Shown here piece after piece: positions 40,301 through 55,300 of a stretch of DNA of 64,000 nucleotides; the first letter of the stretch is position 1, and each line of letters starts with the position of its first letter. Source of the DNA: Ylistrum balloti (Eukaryota); NCBI RefSeq assembly GCF_031769215.1, contig NW_026782105.1, positions 620,001 to 684,000 of the forward strand. The letters are read 5' to 3'. The notes beneath the pieces are model-generated. The model was not told the origin of the DNA, did no database searches, and saw only the letters and a program-made list of their open reading frames with translations. Position numbers and translations under genes: made by a program.

Positions 40301-43300
40301 CTTTTGCTGTGAGATGACTTGATAGTAAAGAACATACCAACATGACAGTAATACCTCAAATTTAGAGACAAATGACTTGTCTTTATATTGTGAAAACTGT
40401 TGCTAAGCAAAACTTCACAAGATTGGTCAAAATGTATAAATATATAGCTGTTAAAACCTATATAATAAAATCTAAAGACATTGAAAAAATATCTATCCTA
40501 GTTTATAATAAGCATACTAGATATGTTGTTACACAGGTAGGAAAAGTATCTGTCTATAGGAAACAAAAGGAATGCAGATATTTATAATAGAACAGCCACA
40601 AGTGAGAAAGCCAGAACAGAAATAGACAAAAGAGAAAGAAAACAGACAGAAATAGGACCGGTCTCCTGGAAACAGAACAAAATCACCATATTTATACTAA
40701 AAAAAGTTAAAATTATGGACCAGAATTGGAATGTTGACTAATCCAATAAGTATGGGACTATAGAATCATAGAGTGAATTAATAAATACAATTTCAATACA
40801 TATCTATTCAACAGAATCATTCTTTCTGTAAGGTATAGCATTACAAAATATAATTAATAACCTTGAGATACTTGACCTTGAGCTTAGTTTCAATGAATTG
40901 GGTGGCCTTGAACTTAAGTAACCATCATCAGAGTGGCCTTCAGCTGAGTTACTGCTGAGAAATAGCTAGATGACCTTAACTTAGTAACCTTGATTAGTAT
41001 GGCCTTGCACTGTGCAATCTTAAGCTGAAAGACTCTGATGAGTAAACATATGATTAAGGTTGAAGGTAAGTAACAAAGAGCTGAGTGATAACTACTCTTC
41101 ACGAGAAATGCAGATCTACAAAAGATATCTCACACCCCCTAAACACAAATATAAACTCAATGATTCACTTCATCTTAGTTCATGAACTAATTTACTCATG
41201 AAAATTCTTGTGGATGTAAACAATACAAGCTACAAACCACACAAATACTATACCTGTCAGTGGATCGTGAATCAGATGTCTCCGATACAGTGGACGCGGG
41301 GAATGACACCTTGTGTCCCGACTTGTCCTGTAAATTCACAAAGAAATATATAACTTTAAATTGGAAGGAATGACATGTTATTTTTGGACTTGACCTTATG
41401 AAATTCAAAGTTATCAGAGAAGAAATAAGACACTATTCTAAAATATTGGTACAGAAGATAACTTTACAAGCACCTGTTTCCCCTCCCGTTAGTAACATAC
41501 CTAAGTTAAATCTAATCAGTTTATAGTATGCTGAAGTCAAGATAAACCAACCACAGAATTCTTACAACTTCGGAGACAGAAATTTGAACATAGTACCATA
41601 AAACATGATGATTTTAGTTTTTATATACTACACATATCTATACAAATGGTGCTGCTTTTAAACTAAAGAATAGATATACAATACATGATCCTTGTATGTA
41701 TAATAAATATCGAGGCACTGTTCCTGGTTGGTAAGACTTGTATAATGCAGACTTCACCACTTCATCAATGTCAATAATTAATGTCTTAGTGTTCAAATTT
41801 ACCCCAAATACATTTCTGACATTTTGGTTTTGCTTTGTAAAAGAACTGATCACATGAACTCATGATGGTATGAATGAATGATTTAATAAGCAAATAACAC
41901 AATACACATGTATAACATGCATGGAAACCACACACACCAGCAACTAACATTTACTTTACAATTATTTCACCTAATGTGTGTCTGTATTATGCAATTTATT
42001 CCAGGGACGATAATGAAATGAATAGTTTTTCATGGTTACATATTATTTTTCTTTTGTTTTGATTTTCAAATAGCAATCTTAACTTTGTCACTCAGACTCT
42101 TACATAAATGACATCAGATAAACAATGTTCAATCCTTGTTAAAACCATCCTTCAACCATGCAGTCATGCGCACTTGGAATGAGGTGGAAAATTCAGTTTA
42201 GTAAGTATCTTATCTGGGAAATAATAACGTATTTTTTTTTGTAAACCATAAATCATTACTGCAAAACCTCCGCTGGGTACCTGGTTGTTGTCGAGTCGCG
42301 GACTGGACGCGGACCGCGCCAAGGGTTTGTCAGTTTCTTTCTCTTTTGACATAACCGACCCTGTCACTTGACTTGTGCTGCCTGTCTTCCTAAGCCCTGC
42401 ACGCCAAGACGGTACCTCCTTGGTGTTGGTGGGCTTACTGATCTCGTTAGGGAGGGGGACCTGTGGGATATCATGCTTGGAGGTCAACACAATAGCCAGT
42501 AAACGATCAACATAAACACAAAAAACAGACTTCTGTCCTGTTTCAATTATACACACATTCTTATATTTCTGATATATTGTCCAATGTGTATTTTTTTTTT
42601 TCTTTTTTCGCTCTCAATTTTTTTAAAAAGCATAATATCTTTTTTTTAATAATAACTGAAATGTAATTTTCCATTGAAAACAGGACAAAATTTCACTCTT
42701 GCTGCAATCAGAAAACAATACAGGCACCAAAACACTAAGGTATTGGCATTCAATCAAATAACAGGAAAGGGAGGTAAGAAAGATTTGTGATATAAAGCTA
42801 CATGTAGTCTATAAGCCACCTTTAGAGGATCATTAGATAGGTCACACCACAACACATATTCTCATGATTCATGAATGTTACAGGTAGTTCATCCCTTTCA
42901 GTTTATATGAAAAGATGAAAGTTATTTTCAGTGTGAAGTTCTCATTTACAAAAACACCATATAACAGAATCTAAAGTCAGGTTAAAGCAAAAATAAGGAG
43001 GTTTTACCAACAAAGAAAAAAACAAACAAAATAAACAACTGAATGAGAAAATGACTTGAGGCAAATTTTGATCTAATTACATATATTGATTGTCTGAGAA
43101 GTGTAAATGCACCACAACATGTGATTAAAGTCTTGAACAGTCTGCCAAGAATCTGCACTGCCTTCATATTACTATTTAGTTCTAAACAATGCCAATACAT
43201 GTAGTTTAAAACTGCGTAGATTGTGTAATTGTGTGTACCAGTGCTGATAAAGGTTGAGAAATATACAACTAGACCATGTTTGTCACAAAATATATGTATA

Positions 43301-46300
43301 GAAATCTTGTAATGAAAATGTCACAAACAAAACATGTGAAATGATAAAACGAAAGTAAGGATAATGTATTTATTCTAACAAACGCCCCTTGAGTTTCTTA
43401 TTCAAAACATAAACTAGGTGTCCAGTTTAAATATCTTCACATGTGTGCACCAGACAACAAGGATACAGGTGAGTCCAAAACAAAACACATTAAGTATACC
43501 AGAATAAAAATTATAGAAGAAACACAAAAATTTCGATTCATAATGATTTCAGTGCAAGTTAAGGTGTATCACTCACCTACAGACATTCCAATCTTGGCTT
43601 ATTTAAAAGAAGAATGTCTACCTTTCTGGGCGTTTATTTGAATAAATAAAGTAAATGAATCCTAAGCAAATATGTATGTATACAGATTTCAGACATAATT
43701 CATGCTGTTAGTTGTAGCTCATTTTAGATTTTTCTAGAAACTAGCAACAGAAGCCTTCCAAATGTCAGATTCACAACAGTTATCTGCCCCTGAAACACTA
43801 CCTGTTCCTGAGCTGGCAGGGGAGGTTCAGGGGCACTTATGGATCTGGAGATTGGCTCTCTCACTGGGGCCATGCCTGTATCTAGACCATCGTCCTTAGC
43901 AGGAGTGGGAGGAACTACCTCTTTCTCCTCGGTTTCCTTTATTTCTTCTTTCTTTTCATCGCTTTCCTTTTCCACCTTGTCCTGTTCCTTCTCCTTGGCC
44001 TTGAGATAAGTTTGCAAGCAAAGCAAGTGAGAACCCCTGTCTATGTCAGTAGAAGGCACACTAACCAATTCTATTGAATCTATCGCACCATTTCTATGGC
44101 CTTAGGTATCAATCAATATTTGAATAAAAGAGTTTAATTCAATACACCAGTCCACCCAATCTAGAGAACATACCGCGATTAACAACAGAATTTTGCTATG
44201 GTTTTACAGATCTTGGATAAAATCTTTAAAAAACATCAAACAACTATTAAGGAGGGGGATACAAACAATTACACCCACTGGACTTACAATACATTATTGT
44301 TTTACATGTGAAAACATCATTCATGTGTGACAAATGAACTTGTCATCTATAATCTTCAAGACAATTAAAATTAATACAGCAATATCTGATAAATTTAGTT
44401 TCCATAAATTCAAATGTCTTATCTCCCCTGGGCCAGTTTTGTAAGTAAGTCTATTGAAACCCATGCAGCCCTCAACATGAACAGTATTGCTCCCATCAGA
44501 TGCTCTATGAGCAGGAGTAAAGCATGCTAATGACAGCAGAAGTCAAAAAGCAGGCAAAAAGCCAGCAACAGTTGGAAAGGGGAGGCTACTCTAGACAGGT
44601 ATTCAATTTCATTAATTATGTCTTCTATTTACTGCTTTCAGACTTCAGAGTATAACTATTGCTAGCACAGGATTATATATCACTAACAATTTTAAATGCT
44701 ATCTAGCATGTTCTTTAGTGATACATATGAAGAATATTGTGAATATGAAACACACTAAAGACACAAGAAACAAGTATATCAATTAAAACAAGAAAAGAAT
44801 TTGCAAGAATGAAATAAAAACTTCATTAGTCAGCAGGTTTTTTAATTTATGGAATATGCAGTACACATCAATTTTTATGTAATACAGATATGCACTTCCC
44901 ATTAAAAAATGACTGAATATTGCCCTCCCCACTTTCACAATACATAAGAAATATTAACCTCTTTCTCTTCTTTCTTTTAGAATATTGCCCAAACAGTTTT
45001 TTTTTTCATAAAATGCCTAACTCTGCCCTTTTCTCTAAACTAAAAAGTAGGAGAAATTGTCCTTCTTCCCTTGTTGAAGTTGCCTAAAATGTGAAGTTCC
45101 TGCTGTCTTGTCAAATAATTGTAAAATATATCTTGAAGAAACCGGCTCATTATGTAGTTGCTCTCCTTCTAATAAGAAAACTTCTGAAATGTTACTCCCC
45201 TTCCCAACCATCATCCCTCAAAAGATTCCTTTGATGTTGACGTTGCCCTTCTGCCTTTTCAAATACCAATGAAATATATTTTGCGGACACAGAATAAAAC
45301 ATAAATTAACATAAAAAAAAAATGCCACAAATCGTAAAAAAAAAAAACCTGCTGTTTATGATATATAGAAAAAGTAAATGAAAAACCAAAAATACACACG
45401 TTACACATTAAAGCGGAAATAAATATTTCCCACAAATATCACAAATTCTAGTCCCATATAGCTGTTGGTCTAGGATATAGCAAGACAGTAAGAACTAGAC
45501 TACTATACGGGCCACCTGATTGGTTACTTACAGTCAGCTGATTATCACCATCTCCTATTCGATCAATTCGGGGCACTTGGTCCTTGATACTTATTTCCAC
45601 CTTATCTGCCTCATTTTGAGTATCAAGGTCATTTGAAATTTGTCCCAATTCACCTTTTTCATCGATTTTAGGCATTTCAGGTTTCTGGATTTCAACAGTA
45701 GTAGTGCTAGGTTTATCGTGGACCTATCGTGCCAAGCAATGGAAAGAAAGCAAAGCCACAATCAACACTAACCAGTGCTTATTTCACATCATCACAATAT
45801 CTATGTCGGGAGAAAATGACCAATAGGCAGGAATCAGAAAATGAACAAACATAATACACTGGGATATCTCTAAATATTTGTGCACAGAATTTGCAAAATG
45901 TGTAATTTTACAGAAAAGTGAAAAAATTGTGCTAAAGATATGTATAGATCAATGATAGTTATAACACTTTGTGTAAAACAAACACAAACAAAAAAAATTT
46001 CATCAATCAAATTAACTTTCTGGTGCAGAATTAAGATCCTGGGTAAGTACATTTTGTCAACAAAGAGAAGATTCAACAAAGTCTCTGCCTAACGGCCAAA
46101 GCAATTAAATCCAATTAGTTCTAATGCTCAGCTAAACTAAGTAAACCTTTGGCCTCATAAGTGATTATCAAAGCTATTTCATTTGTGAAATAGTTATTTC
46201 TGATAAAATATCATGATCAATAGACTTCAAAATTAATGCTAAAGCCCTAAACTGACCTGGATTTTTATTCCTCAAAGGGCATCATTTTCAATGAAGTAAA

Positions 46301-49300
46301 AGAATACTATTCCTCATAATGATTTTTAGTGAACACAGAAATAGGCTATTTATAACATAAACTGCTATTAAGGACAGAACACCATATTTAAATTACCTTT
46401 GTACTTCGAGTGATTTCCCTTACAAATCACCATTTTTAACTGACCTATTGTTTTTTTTTTATTTTATTTTTTTCATCACTACAGGGCAACTTACATCTCT
46501 AATTACCTGGTAATCTATCCCTATCTAACATCTATTTATCAAAATTCCGTTTTTCCTCTAAAGGGTGATGACCAGTGCATTGTTAAGACAAATACCTTAT
46601 AAAAGCTTGCGCAAGCAGTTTCTAATCAGTGTTTTATTTTTTATGACAAATTATGCATCTTATACAGATTTTCTACTAATCAAGTATATTCTTCAAATTG
46701 CACTATCTATTTCAAATCATTTTATAACCATTCTCATTACAAGTGTTTTTAGTAAAGTAGTAATAAAAACTTTTCCAAAAGAGAATCTTCCAGTCACGGA
46801 TGTTTTCAATCAAATATGACAAAGATTGAAGAAAATATGAAAAATGCAAATGTTGCCATGTGAATATTGTACCCTGATTTGCCAGTTTGTTGCTGTATGA
46901 GACGTTACCTATTTTTTGTCCACTTACCTTTTTAACACCTGAGGTTTGGTTATTGATTGCATTTTGTTTTTCTGAAAATTAAAAATAAATATACAAATAA
47001 TTCTGAACAATGTTCTTCTGTTTTTATTCCACATTATATTTCACAATGTACCTTTTTTTCATAATTCTACCAACTCTACATAATACATTATAGGAATGTT
47101 TTACTGTCTATTTCTAGCAGATTCTTACTTTGGTCCAAAGTTCATCTACAATATTCTAACGTAATTACTGCCCCTCTATAATATTCTAACATAACAAATG
47201 TCCATTTATAATAATTTAACATAATTACTGTCCCTCTATAATACTTAACCATAATCACTGTCCTGCTTTGATACTCAGAAAATAATTACTTTATCTCTAT
47301 AATATTCAGACATAATTGCTTTACTCAGACATAATCACTGTCTCTCTATAATACTCAGTCAGACATAATTACTGTATCCCTGAAATACTCAGACATAATT
47401 ACTGTATCCCTGAAATACTCAGACATAATTGCTTTACTCAGACATAATCACTGTCTCTTTATAATACTCAGTCAAACATAATTACTGTATCCCTGAAATA
47501 CTCAGACATAATTACTGTACTCAGACATAATTATTGTACCTCTATAATACTCAGTCAAACATAATTACTGTATCCCTAAAATACTCAGACATAATTACTA
47601 AACCCAGACATAATCACTGTATCCTTGAAATACTCAGACATAATTACTGTTCTCAGTTATAATTACTGTACTCTGACATAATTACTGTAATCTGACGTAA
47701 TTACTGTATCCCTGAAATACTCTGACATAATTACTGTACTCAGACATAATTACTGTTCCTCTATAATACTCAGACACAATTACTGTATCCGTGAAATACT
47801 CGGACATAATTACTGTACTCAGACATAATTACTGTACTCAGTTATAATTACTGTACTCAGACATAATTACTGTAATCTGACGTAATTACTGTCCATCTAT
47901 AATACTCAGACACAATTACTGTATCCCTGAAATACTCAGACATAATTACTGTATCTTTATTCCTTTCTCTATTCATCTATTAAATTCTCTCTCATTTGCA
48001 TACAATTTGTTTTATCAAAGTTGCCAACACAAGTATATTTGTTGCCTTTTTCACCTTTAACAATTCCATTTTTAATTTGTTTTTACCTGTCTCTGACTCT
48101 GATGATTCTTCAGCCTCGCCTTCTGAACTGGAGCTGGTTTTGCTCGTGGGATCCTTTTCACTAACACTCTCTGGTGTTGTCTGGTGGATGAGGTTGGGGT
48201 CTCCTCTCTCTTTGGTTTTCAGTGTCACACTCTGCTTCTGGTCCCCACTCATACGTGTTACAGAACTCCTGCAGATGGTGAAGCAAGAGAAAAGTCAAAT
48301 TAAAACAAAATATGTCTCTTTGGAAATATATTCTAACAGTTTCTTTGTACCAGGATTACAGACATCCACCACTAATCCAAAGCAGTTTCATAAATTCATA
48401 TAGAAAATTGTTTGAAATCAAATCTTGAACTTTGTTTTGATCATGACTTAACCTTTGTTTCAGAATTGTACTTCACTTCTAAGTTACAATTTTACACAAT
48501 TATGATTAAAGAACCCAATATTCTCTTACTTACTGTTTACTCTAATGACATAATGGAAAGGTCACTTCCATTTATGGGAAAAAATACATCAATTCTACAT
48601 ATAATAAAACAATGGAACTTTGACTGACTAAAGGCCTGCAAATTCAAGTCCAATACAAAATTCACACAATGAGAGATTTTTAATTTAATATGAGAGAGCA
48701 TTATTCCATCTGTTACCTGTATTTGTTTTTGATAAAGGGGGTTTTACAAGGACCCATTAAACACAATTTATTATATAGGATGCTTTACATTACATTTACA
48801 CATGTTTGTTTAGCATGTAAAGCTAACAAAAACTTCCTCATTCTCATAGATGGATTTATTTTTTAAATCCATTTATCAACTTATCAAAGAATTCAACTGG
48901 CAAGTGTACAATGCTTTCCTATTCTATGATTTCATGATTAATGCAATAAAACTTTTATAGCAGTTTAACATGACCATGTATCAGCAATCTATCATTAGAA
49001 TACAAATGTAGTTCCTATGAACACCTGAACAACATCGATAAAAACAAACCTGTCTACACTCAAGATATGTTATGAGAACTACAAGACATTTCATGTACTG
49101 ATGATGAACAAATATAATGCTAGGAATGACACAATGCTCTGAAAGGTAAAAGGAGGCTTCGGTATTAATATCCAACTTTATCCACCTTCAACAGTCACCC
49201 CATACAAAAAATTATCAGTTTATAACACTGGATCTGTCCCAAGAAAAATCTTTGAGATGAACCAGGAACAGACTTGTCTAGAAAGTTGTTTGGGGTCAGT

Positions 49301-52300
49301 GTGGCAGGAGTCAAAGTTCATGGGTCAAGATCAGGGATACCACTACAATACTCTTACATATTTACTGTTCCTCTATAATACTCTGATCTGACATAATCAC
49401 TGTTCCTATTATAGAGAGAGAGTAACCACTGTCCCTATTGTAGAGAGACAGTAAACCCCCAGACAGGAGTCCAAATTCAGCATAGAGTTATCACAGTATA
49501 AAGACCCTGTCAATGTAGGGCCAGTTTGGAACAGTGTGTAGACTTGAAAAAGTTTAATTCTTATTAATTTGTCTCAAGTATTTCATTTCTTTGCATATCA
49601 ATCACGACACTGCTACCACCTGACCACAGCCAAACAAAGGCCTTACTGTACATGTTCTTGAACTCTATGAAAAACCAGCCAATGATACCTGGTTGATAAC
49701 ATATAGCTTTGTTTTATGTTGAAAACAATCTTTTTCATTATCAGTGTTCAATGAATAAATGAATCTGTAAACAATATGTCTATACAGAAAAGTAAAAAGT
49801 GATTCATGCTCCAACAACAATGTTTTAGTGCACAATTAATTGAGTAAAACATAACAAAATCACAACAATCTAATTTTACATGCTGAAATAAAATTTCATG
49901 TATAATACGAAAGAAGCTACCTAATTGTTTACACTGCAATGGGTGGAGTACAGAACTTAGAAAAACACACTACTGGATGGAAAGTCAGACATCACCAAAA
50001 CAGGAAAATCACAACAAACTGAAAATGTACCAGCCACATGAAATAAGGCTGTATCACTGTCTGAGGAATACACACAGGAAATTAACATTCTATCAAGTCT
50101 AACCTTCATAGAACACAAAGATGTCCTACAATCATCCTCCAATCATATTCTATATCACTGAACATGTCCTATACACATCCATTCTATAATGTTTAACATA
50201 TCCTGCATACAGCAATTTTATATATTGCTAAACTTGTCCTACCGAGATCAATTCTACATCACTGAACAGGACCTACACAAGACCGTTATACTGCTGTATA
50301 TATTGCTAAACTTGTCCTACCGAGATCAATTCTACATCACTGAACAGGACCTACACAAGACCGTTATACTGCTGTATATATTGCTAAACTTGTCCTACCG
50401 AGATCAATTCTACATCACTGAACAGGACCTACACAAGACCGTTATACTGCTGTATATATTGCTAAACTTGTCCTACCGAGATCAATTCTACATCACTGAA
50501 CAGGACCTACACAAGACCGTTATACTGCTGTATATATTGCTAAACTTGTCCTACCGAGATCAATTCTACATCACTGAACAGGACCTACACAAGACCGTTA
50601 TACTGTATATACAACTTGTCCTACCGAGATCAATTCTACATCACTGAACAGGACCTACACAAGACCGTTATACTGCTGTATATATTGCTAAACTTGTCCT
50701 ATCAATACATCACTGAACAGGACCTACACAAGACCGTTATACTGCTCTATATATTGCTAAACTTGTCCTACCGAGATCAATTCTACATCACTGAACAGGA
50801 CCTCTACATCACTGAACAGGACCTACACAAGACCGTTATACTGCTGTATATATTGCTAAACTTGTCCTACCGAGATCAATTCTACATCACTGAACAGGAC
50901 CTACACAAGACCGTTATACTGCTGTATATATTGCTAAACTTGTCCTACCGAGATCAATTCTACATCACTGAACAGGACCTACACAAGACCGTTATACTGC
51001 TGTATATATTGTATATATTGCTGTATATATTGCTAAACTTGTCCTACCGAGATTCTACATCACTGAACAGGACCTCGTTATACTGTATATATCACTGAAC
51101 AGAACAGGACCTACACAAGACCGTTATACTGCTGTATATATTGCTAAACTTGTCCTACCGAGATCAATTCTACATCACTGAACAGGACCTACACAAGACC
51201 GTTATACTGCTGTATATATTGCTAAACTTGTCCTACCGAGATCAATTCTACATCACTGAACAGGACCTACACAAGACCGTTATACTGCTGTATATATTGC
51301 TAAACTTGTCCTACCGAGATCAATTCTACATCACTGAACAGGACCTACACAAGACCGTTATACTGCTGTATATATTGCTAAACTTGTCCTACCGAGAACA
51401 ATTCTACATCACTGAACAGGACCTACACAAGACCGTTATACTGCTGTATATATTGCTAAACTTGTCCTACCGAGATCAATTCTACATCACTGAACAGGAC
51501 CTACACAAGACCGTTATACTGCTGTATATATTGCTAAACTTGTCCTACCGAGATCAATTCTACATCACTGAACAGGACCTACACAAGACCGTTATACTGC
51601 TGTATATATTGCTAAACTTGTCCTAAATCAATTCTACATCACTGAACAGGACCTACACAAGACCGTTATACTGCTGTATATATTGCTAAACTTGTCCTAC
51701 CGAGATCAATTCTACATCACTGAACAGGACCTACACAAGACCGTTATACTGCTGTATATGTTGCTAAACTTGTCCTACCGAGAACAATTCTACATCACTG
51801 AACAGCACCTACACAAGACCGTTATACTGCTATATATATTTCTAAACTTGTCGTACCAAGAACAATTCTACATCACTGATATGATTATCCTATATCTTGC
51901 TAAACATATCCAACACCACAAACCAATATGTCCTACATAGTTCACTTCTATATATTGCTAAAAAGGTCCCTGCTAAACTTCTTACCTCAAATAAAATACA
52001 TACCTGTTTATATCCTACCACAAACCTCACCTGTACATACCAGGTATGCAGTTGATTTCTATAGAGTCAATGTTTCTACACCAAAATGATATACATACCT
52101 TTTAAGATAGTAATGCTGATCATTACTTGCCCTGTACTATAAACATATAGAACAGTTTTCTATTCAACTTCTATCGTTAAAAGAACCTCTATCATAAAAT
52201 GTTTTGATGGTCTTAACTTTTCATCCTGTATATATACTACAAATCCTCTTCTGATTCCTTTATTACTTAATAGACAATCTTTGAGTCTTCAATCTGTATT

Positions 52301-55300
52301 TTTCTGACTTTTTCAAAATTAGCCAAAGTGTCTCATGAAAATACAATCCCCATTGATTCAATCGGATACCAAATTCAGACAGTGATTGAAAAACAGTACA
52401 GGACAAAGGAAAGGGCATATGTAAGAATGGTGGAATGTTACATAGGCTGGAGGGCTCATAGCCCTTGTCAGCCAAACATTGGAGGGATTGGGAGAAGCTT
52501 TAACAGTGCTGTCAGATTAACGTAAAGGTGTAGAAACAAAGGCATTCCCCGTACATATACCTGGGGTCAGTGTCTGGTTGGTCAAGATTTGTTATTGTTG
52601 TAGTCACTGGCCTGGATAGTTACACAAGAGAAAGAAGAAAAAAATCCAAGTCAACAACATGTATATTTCCATGTCAACAATACTGATAACAGCATGACAC
52701 AATCTATACATACAATGACACATAGATACATGAATCGGCACAAAATAGAGGCCAAAAAACATCACTCAAAGTCACTGAAACAACAAACCCAAGCTTCACA
52801 ATGTGCAATGCATAACAGGATTTTGTTCAAAACACACAACAATTTCAAAAGAAATCTCAATTCAATGTTTCAAAGGGAGGTGTATAATCAAGAGAGGTAA
52901 AAAATTTCCAAGGAAGAAAAAATAAAAAAAAGCAATAAACAATCCCTAACAAAGTTATTATTAGTTTTAAAAAAAAATTGAAAAAAAAAATAAAAATATA
53001 GGCTTCTAAGAACAATTTTGAAGTTTTGAATTACCTTCCTTTTCAATGAAGTCCATCTTACCAGATAACACCAAGATATTAAATTACGTTGTGTTGAGGT
53101 TTTATCCCAGCAAGCATAAATTTTATATGTGTGCACATGTATATGTCACTACACTGTGGACTCCCAAAACCTATGTTTAATTTTCAACATTTTCAATAGA
53201 TTACTCACTTCCCAGCATGATGAGTAAGAGGGATTTCACCAACAATGTAATGTACAGTACATATTTATGCACACACATGTGCAGAGGACTGCAGTTAAGT
53301 GAGTGAAATACCTGACATTTATAGGTGTGTACCACAAGCATTTAGATATCTGTCAATAGTACCAAATAAAATATGAAACTGATACCAAAGTTAAGTGATT
53401 ATAATTTTAAGAAAATATTTTGTAGTTTATTGTTTTAAGCCTGCAGTCATATATACACTACATTTATGTTTGTGTACTGTTACACTAATACAGTTACAGT
53501 TAAGACATAGAGAGAACTGTAGGTACTTGCCTTATGGTGAAGCCTACCTTGCACAACCCATATTTACACTGGGTCAGTATTGTAGATCTACCTAGGTATT
53601 CATCAGGTAACAAACAGAAAATGTGTAACAGATAAACCTGCACGTATGCCTTGTTGAGTCACATGTATCTTAAATTCCACATTCTTCAAGACAACAAAAA
53701 AATTTCCTTGTCCTGACTTGTCACTGTAACGACCTTGACTGCTGCCAGTTACACAAGTTTCTTCAGATTTCAGTTTCCATGACACCGGTACATCAGATTA
53801 TCTGCTTTGAGTCACTTTTTTAAAGAAAATTATGCCAGTCTGAATAAAACGAACAACTTGACCTTGACCTTTAAACCTATACGTATGTTGAATTAAGATT
53901 CCTTGAAAATTCTACAGTTTCTGTACTATTTACCAGTGTCTACCTGGTAGGTCCACATATTCAGCCTCAAGTATCTGCCTGTCCTGTCTCCTGCATTCAC
54001 CTAGATACTTATGTTAATTAATTTTTTCACCTGTCCTCAGGCCTTTTCTTAACCCTTGTGTCTATATACACTTGCAGCTTTTCTTTTGATGACCTCTTGA
54101 CCTATGAGTTGATACAGATAAACAAGTACTGTCATAATTCCTCCTGGCTATATCCACCAACATTCGGCTGTATCATCAACCAGACACAGTTGTGTCCCTT
54201 CAAATAAATGGCTGATCCCACAACATTCCAAGCTAGGTCAATGACCAGGCAGTGAGTTATGTCCCTTTGAATTAGGTTATCCTAAACAAGAAGCATATCG
54301 TTGGAGACAAATCCATGCAACAGAAACAACTGTGAGGAGATTACCTTGATGGCTGAGTAAGCAAAATTTAGAATTTAATCATTGTCAATGAATCCACCTT
54401 TTACACCAATGACATAAGAAAAGGTGTGACAGCTTCCTCACAGGTGAAAGTCACAATTGTCATTTGTTATACGAATCAATGACTAGGAACTTCAGACATT
54501 AAAATTCTGTCATCAGATACATTACTTCACTGTACTTCACTGTCGTTAGGTTATATTGATACATGCTGTATATGGTTTTTTCTAATAAATAAACTGGCTC
54601 GTGACAGATATTACCTAGCGTCTGTATAGTACACTAAAACTATGCGCACACAACACTTCTAATCTGTCAATGGTGAAAACAACAAAGGTTTACTTGATCA
54701 GTGGCTTTCCAGACTGGGGCCACTGTGAAGTAACCACGGCTGATTGTAATTTCTAGATTTCAATCAAGTCGTCCATGTGGAACAATGCTTTAATCGGGAA
54801 GGTGTTTGTTCTTCAGACGTTTTACCTGTGATACCTGGCTGACCCATGCATAAGAAACAATAAGGCAAATACACATCCTCTCCTTGCACATGAGCTATAT
54901 TGCAGTGATAAATGAAGCTCCTAACAAACCTCCAACACAGATAATAGTATATAGAAAACAACACCTTGAAATGTTTAGTAACTCCTATTCTCCACCATGT
55001 AGCTTGGTAATTTTTTTAAAAACGAAGATCTGCATTATTTCCTTAACGAAACCATCATCATGTGAGTCACAAATATTTCAACAGTCCAAACAATTTGCTA
55101 CTTTTATCCCTTGAGTTGATCATGCTCAGTATTTTTTTTTTCCTTGTAAGATAAATCTTGTCTTCATAAAGAGTGATAAAAATCCAAGACAGAGACTAAG
55201 TAACAGCCATATCTATGACAACTAATGTTGCATTCATTCACATTACAATATCCTACAACTGCACAATATCACAAAATCCTTTATAATCCTCAATGGTTCT

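Noticed and set aside
50189-51940. Repetitive + strand ORFs LLNLSYRDQFYITEQDLHKTVILLYI
   Set aside because: They come from the 78-bp satellite, start at TTG/ATG by chance, and are antisense within an intron.
54345-54621. 7-nt (54615-54621) and 8-nt (54345-54352) AG..GT microexon-like pairs
   Set aside because: The 7-nt one creates an in-frame TAG and the 8-nt one shifts the frame. Both are expected by chance.
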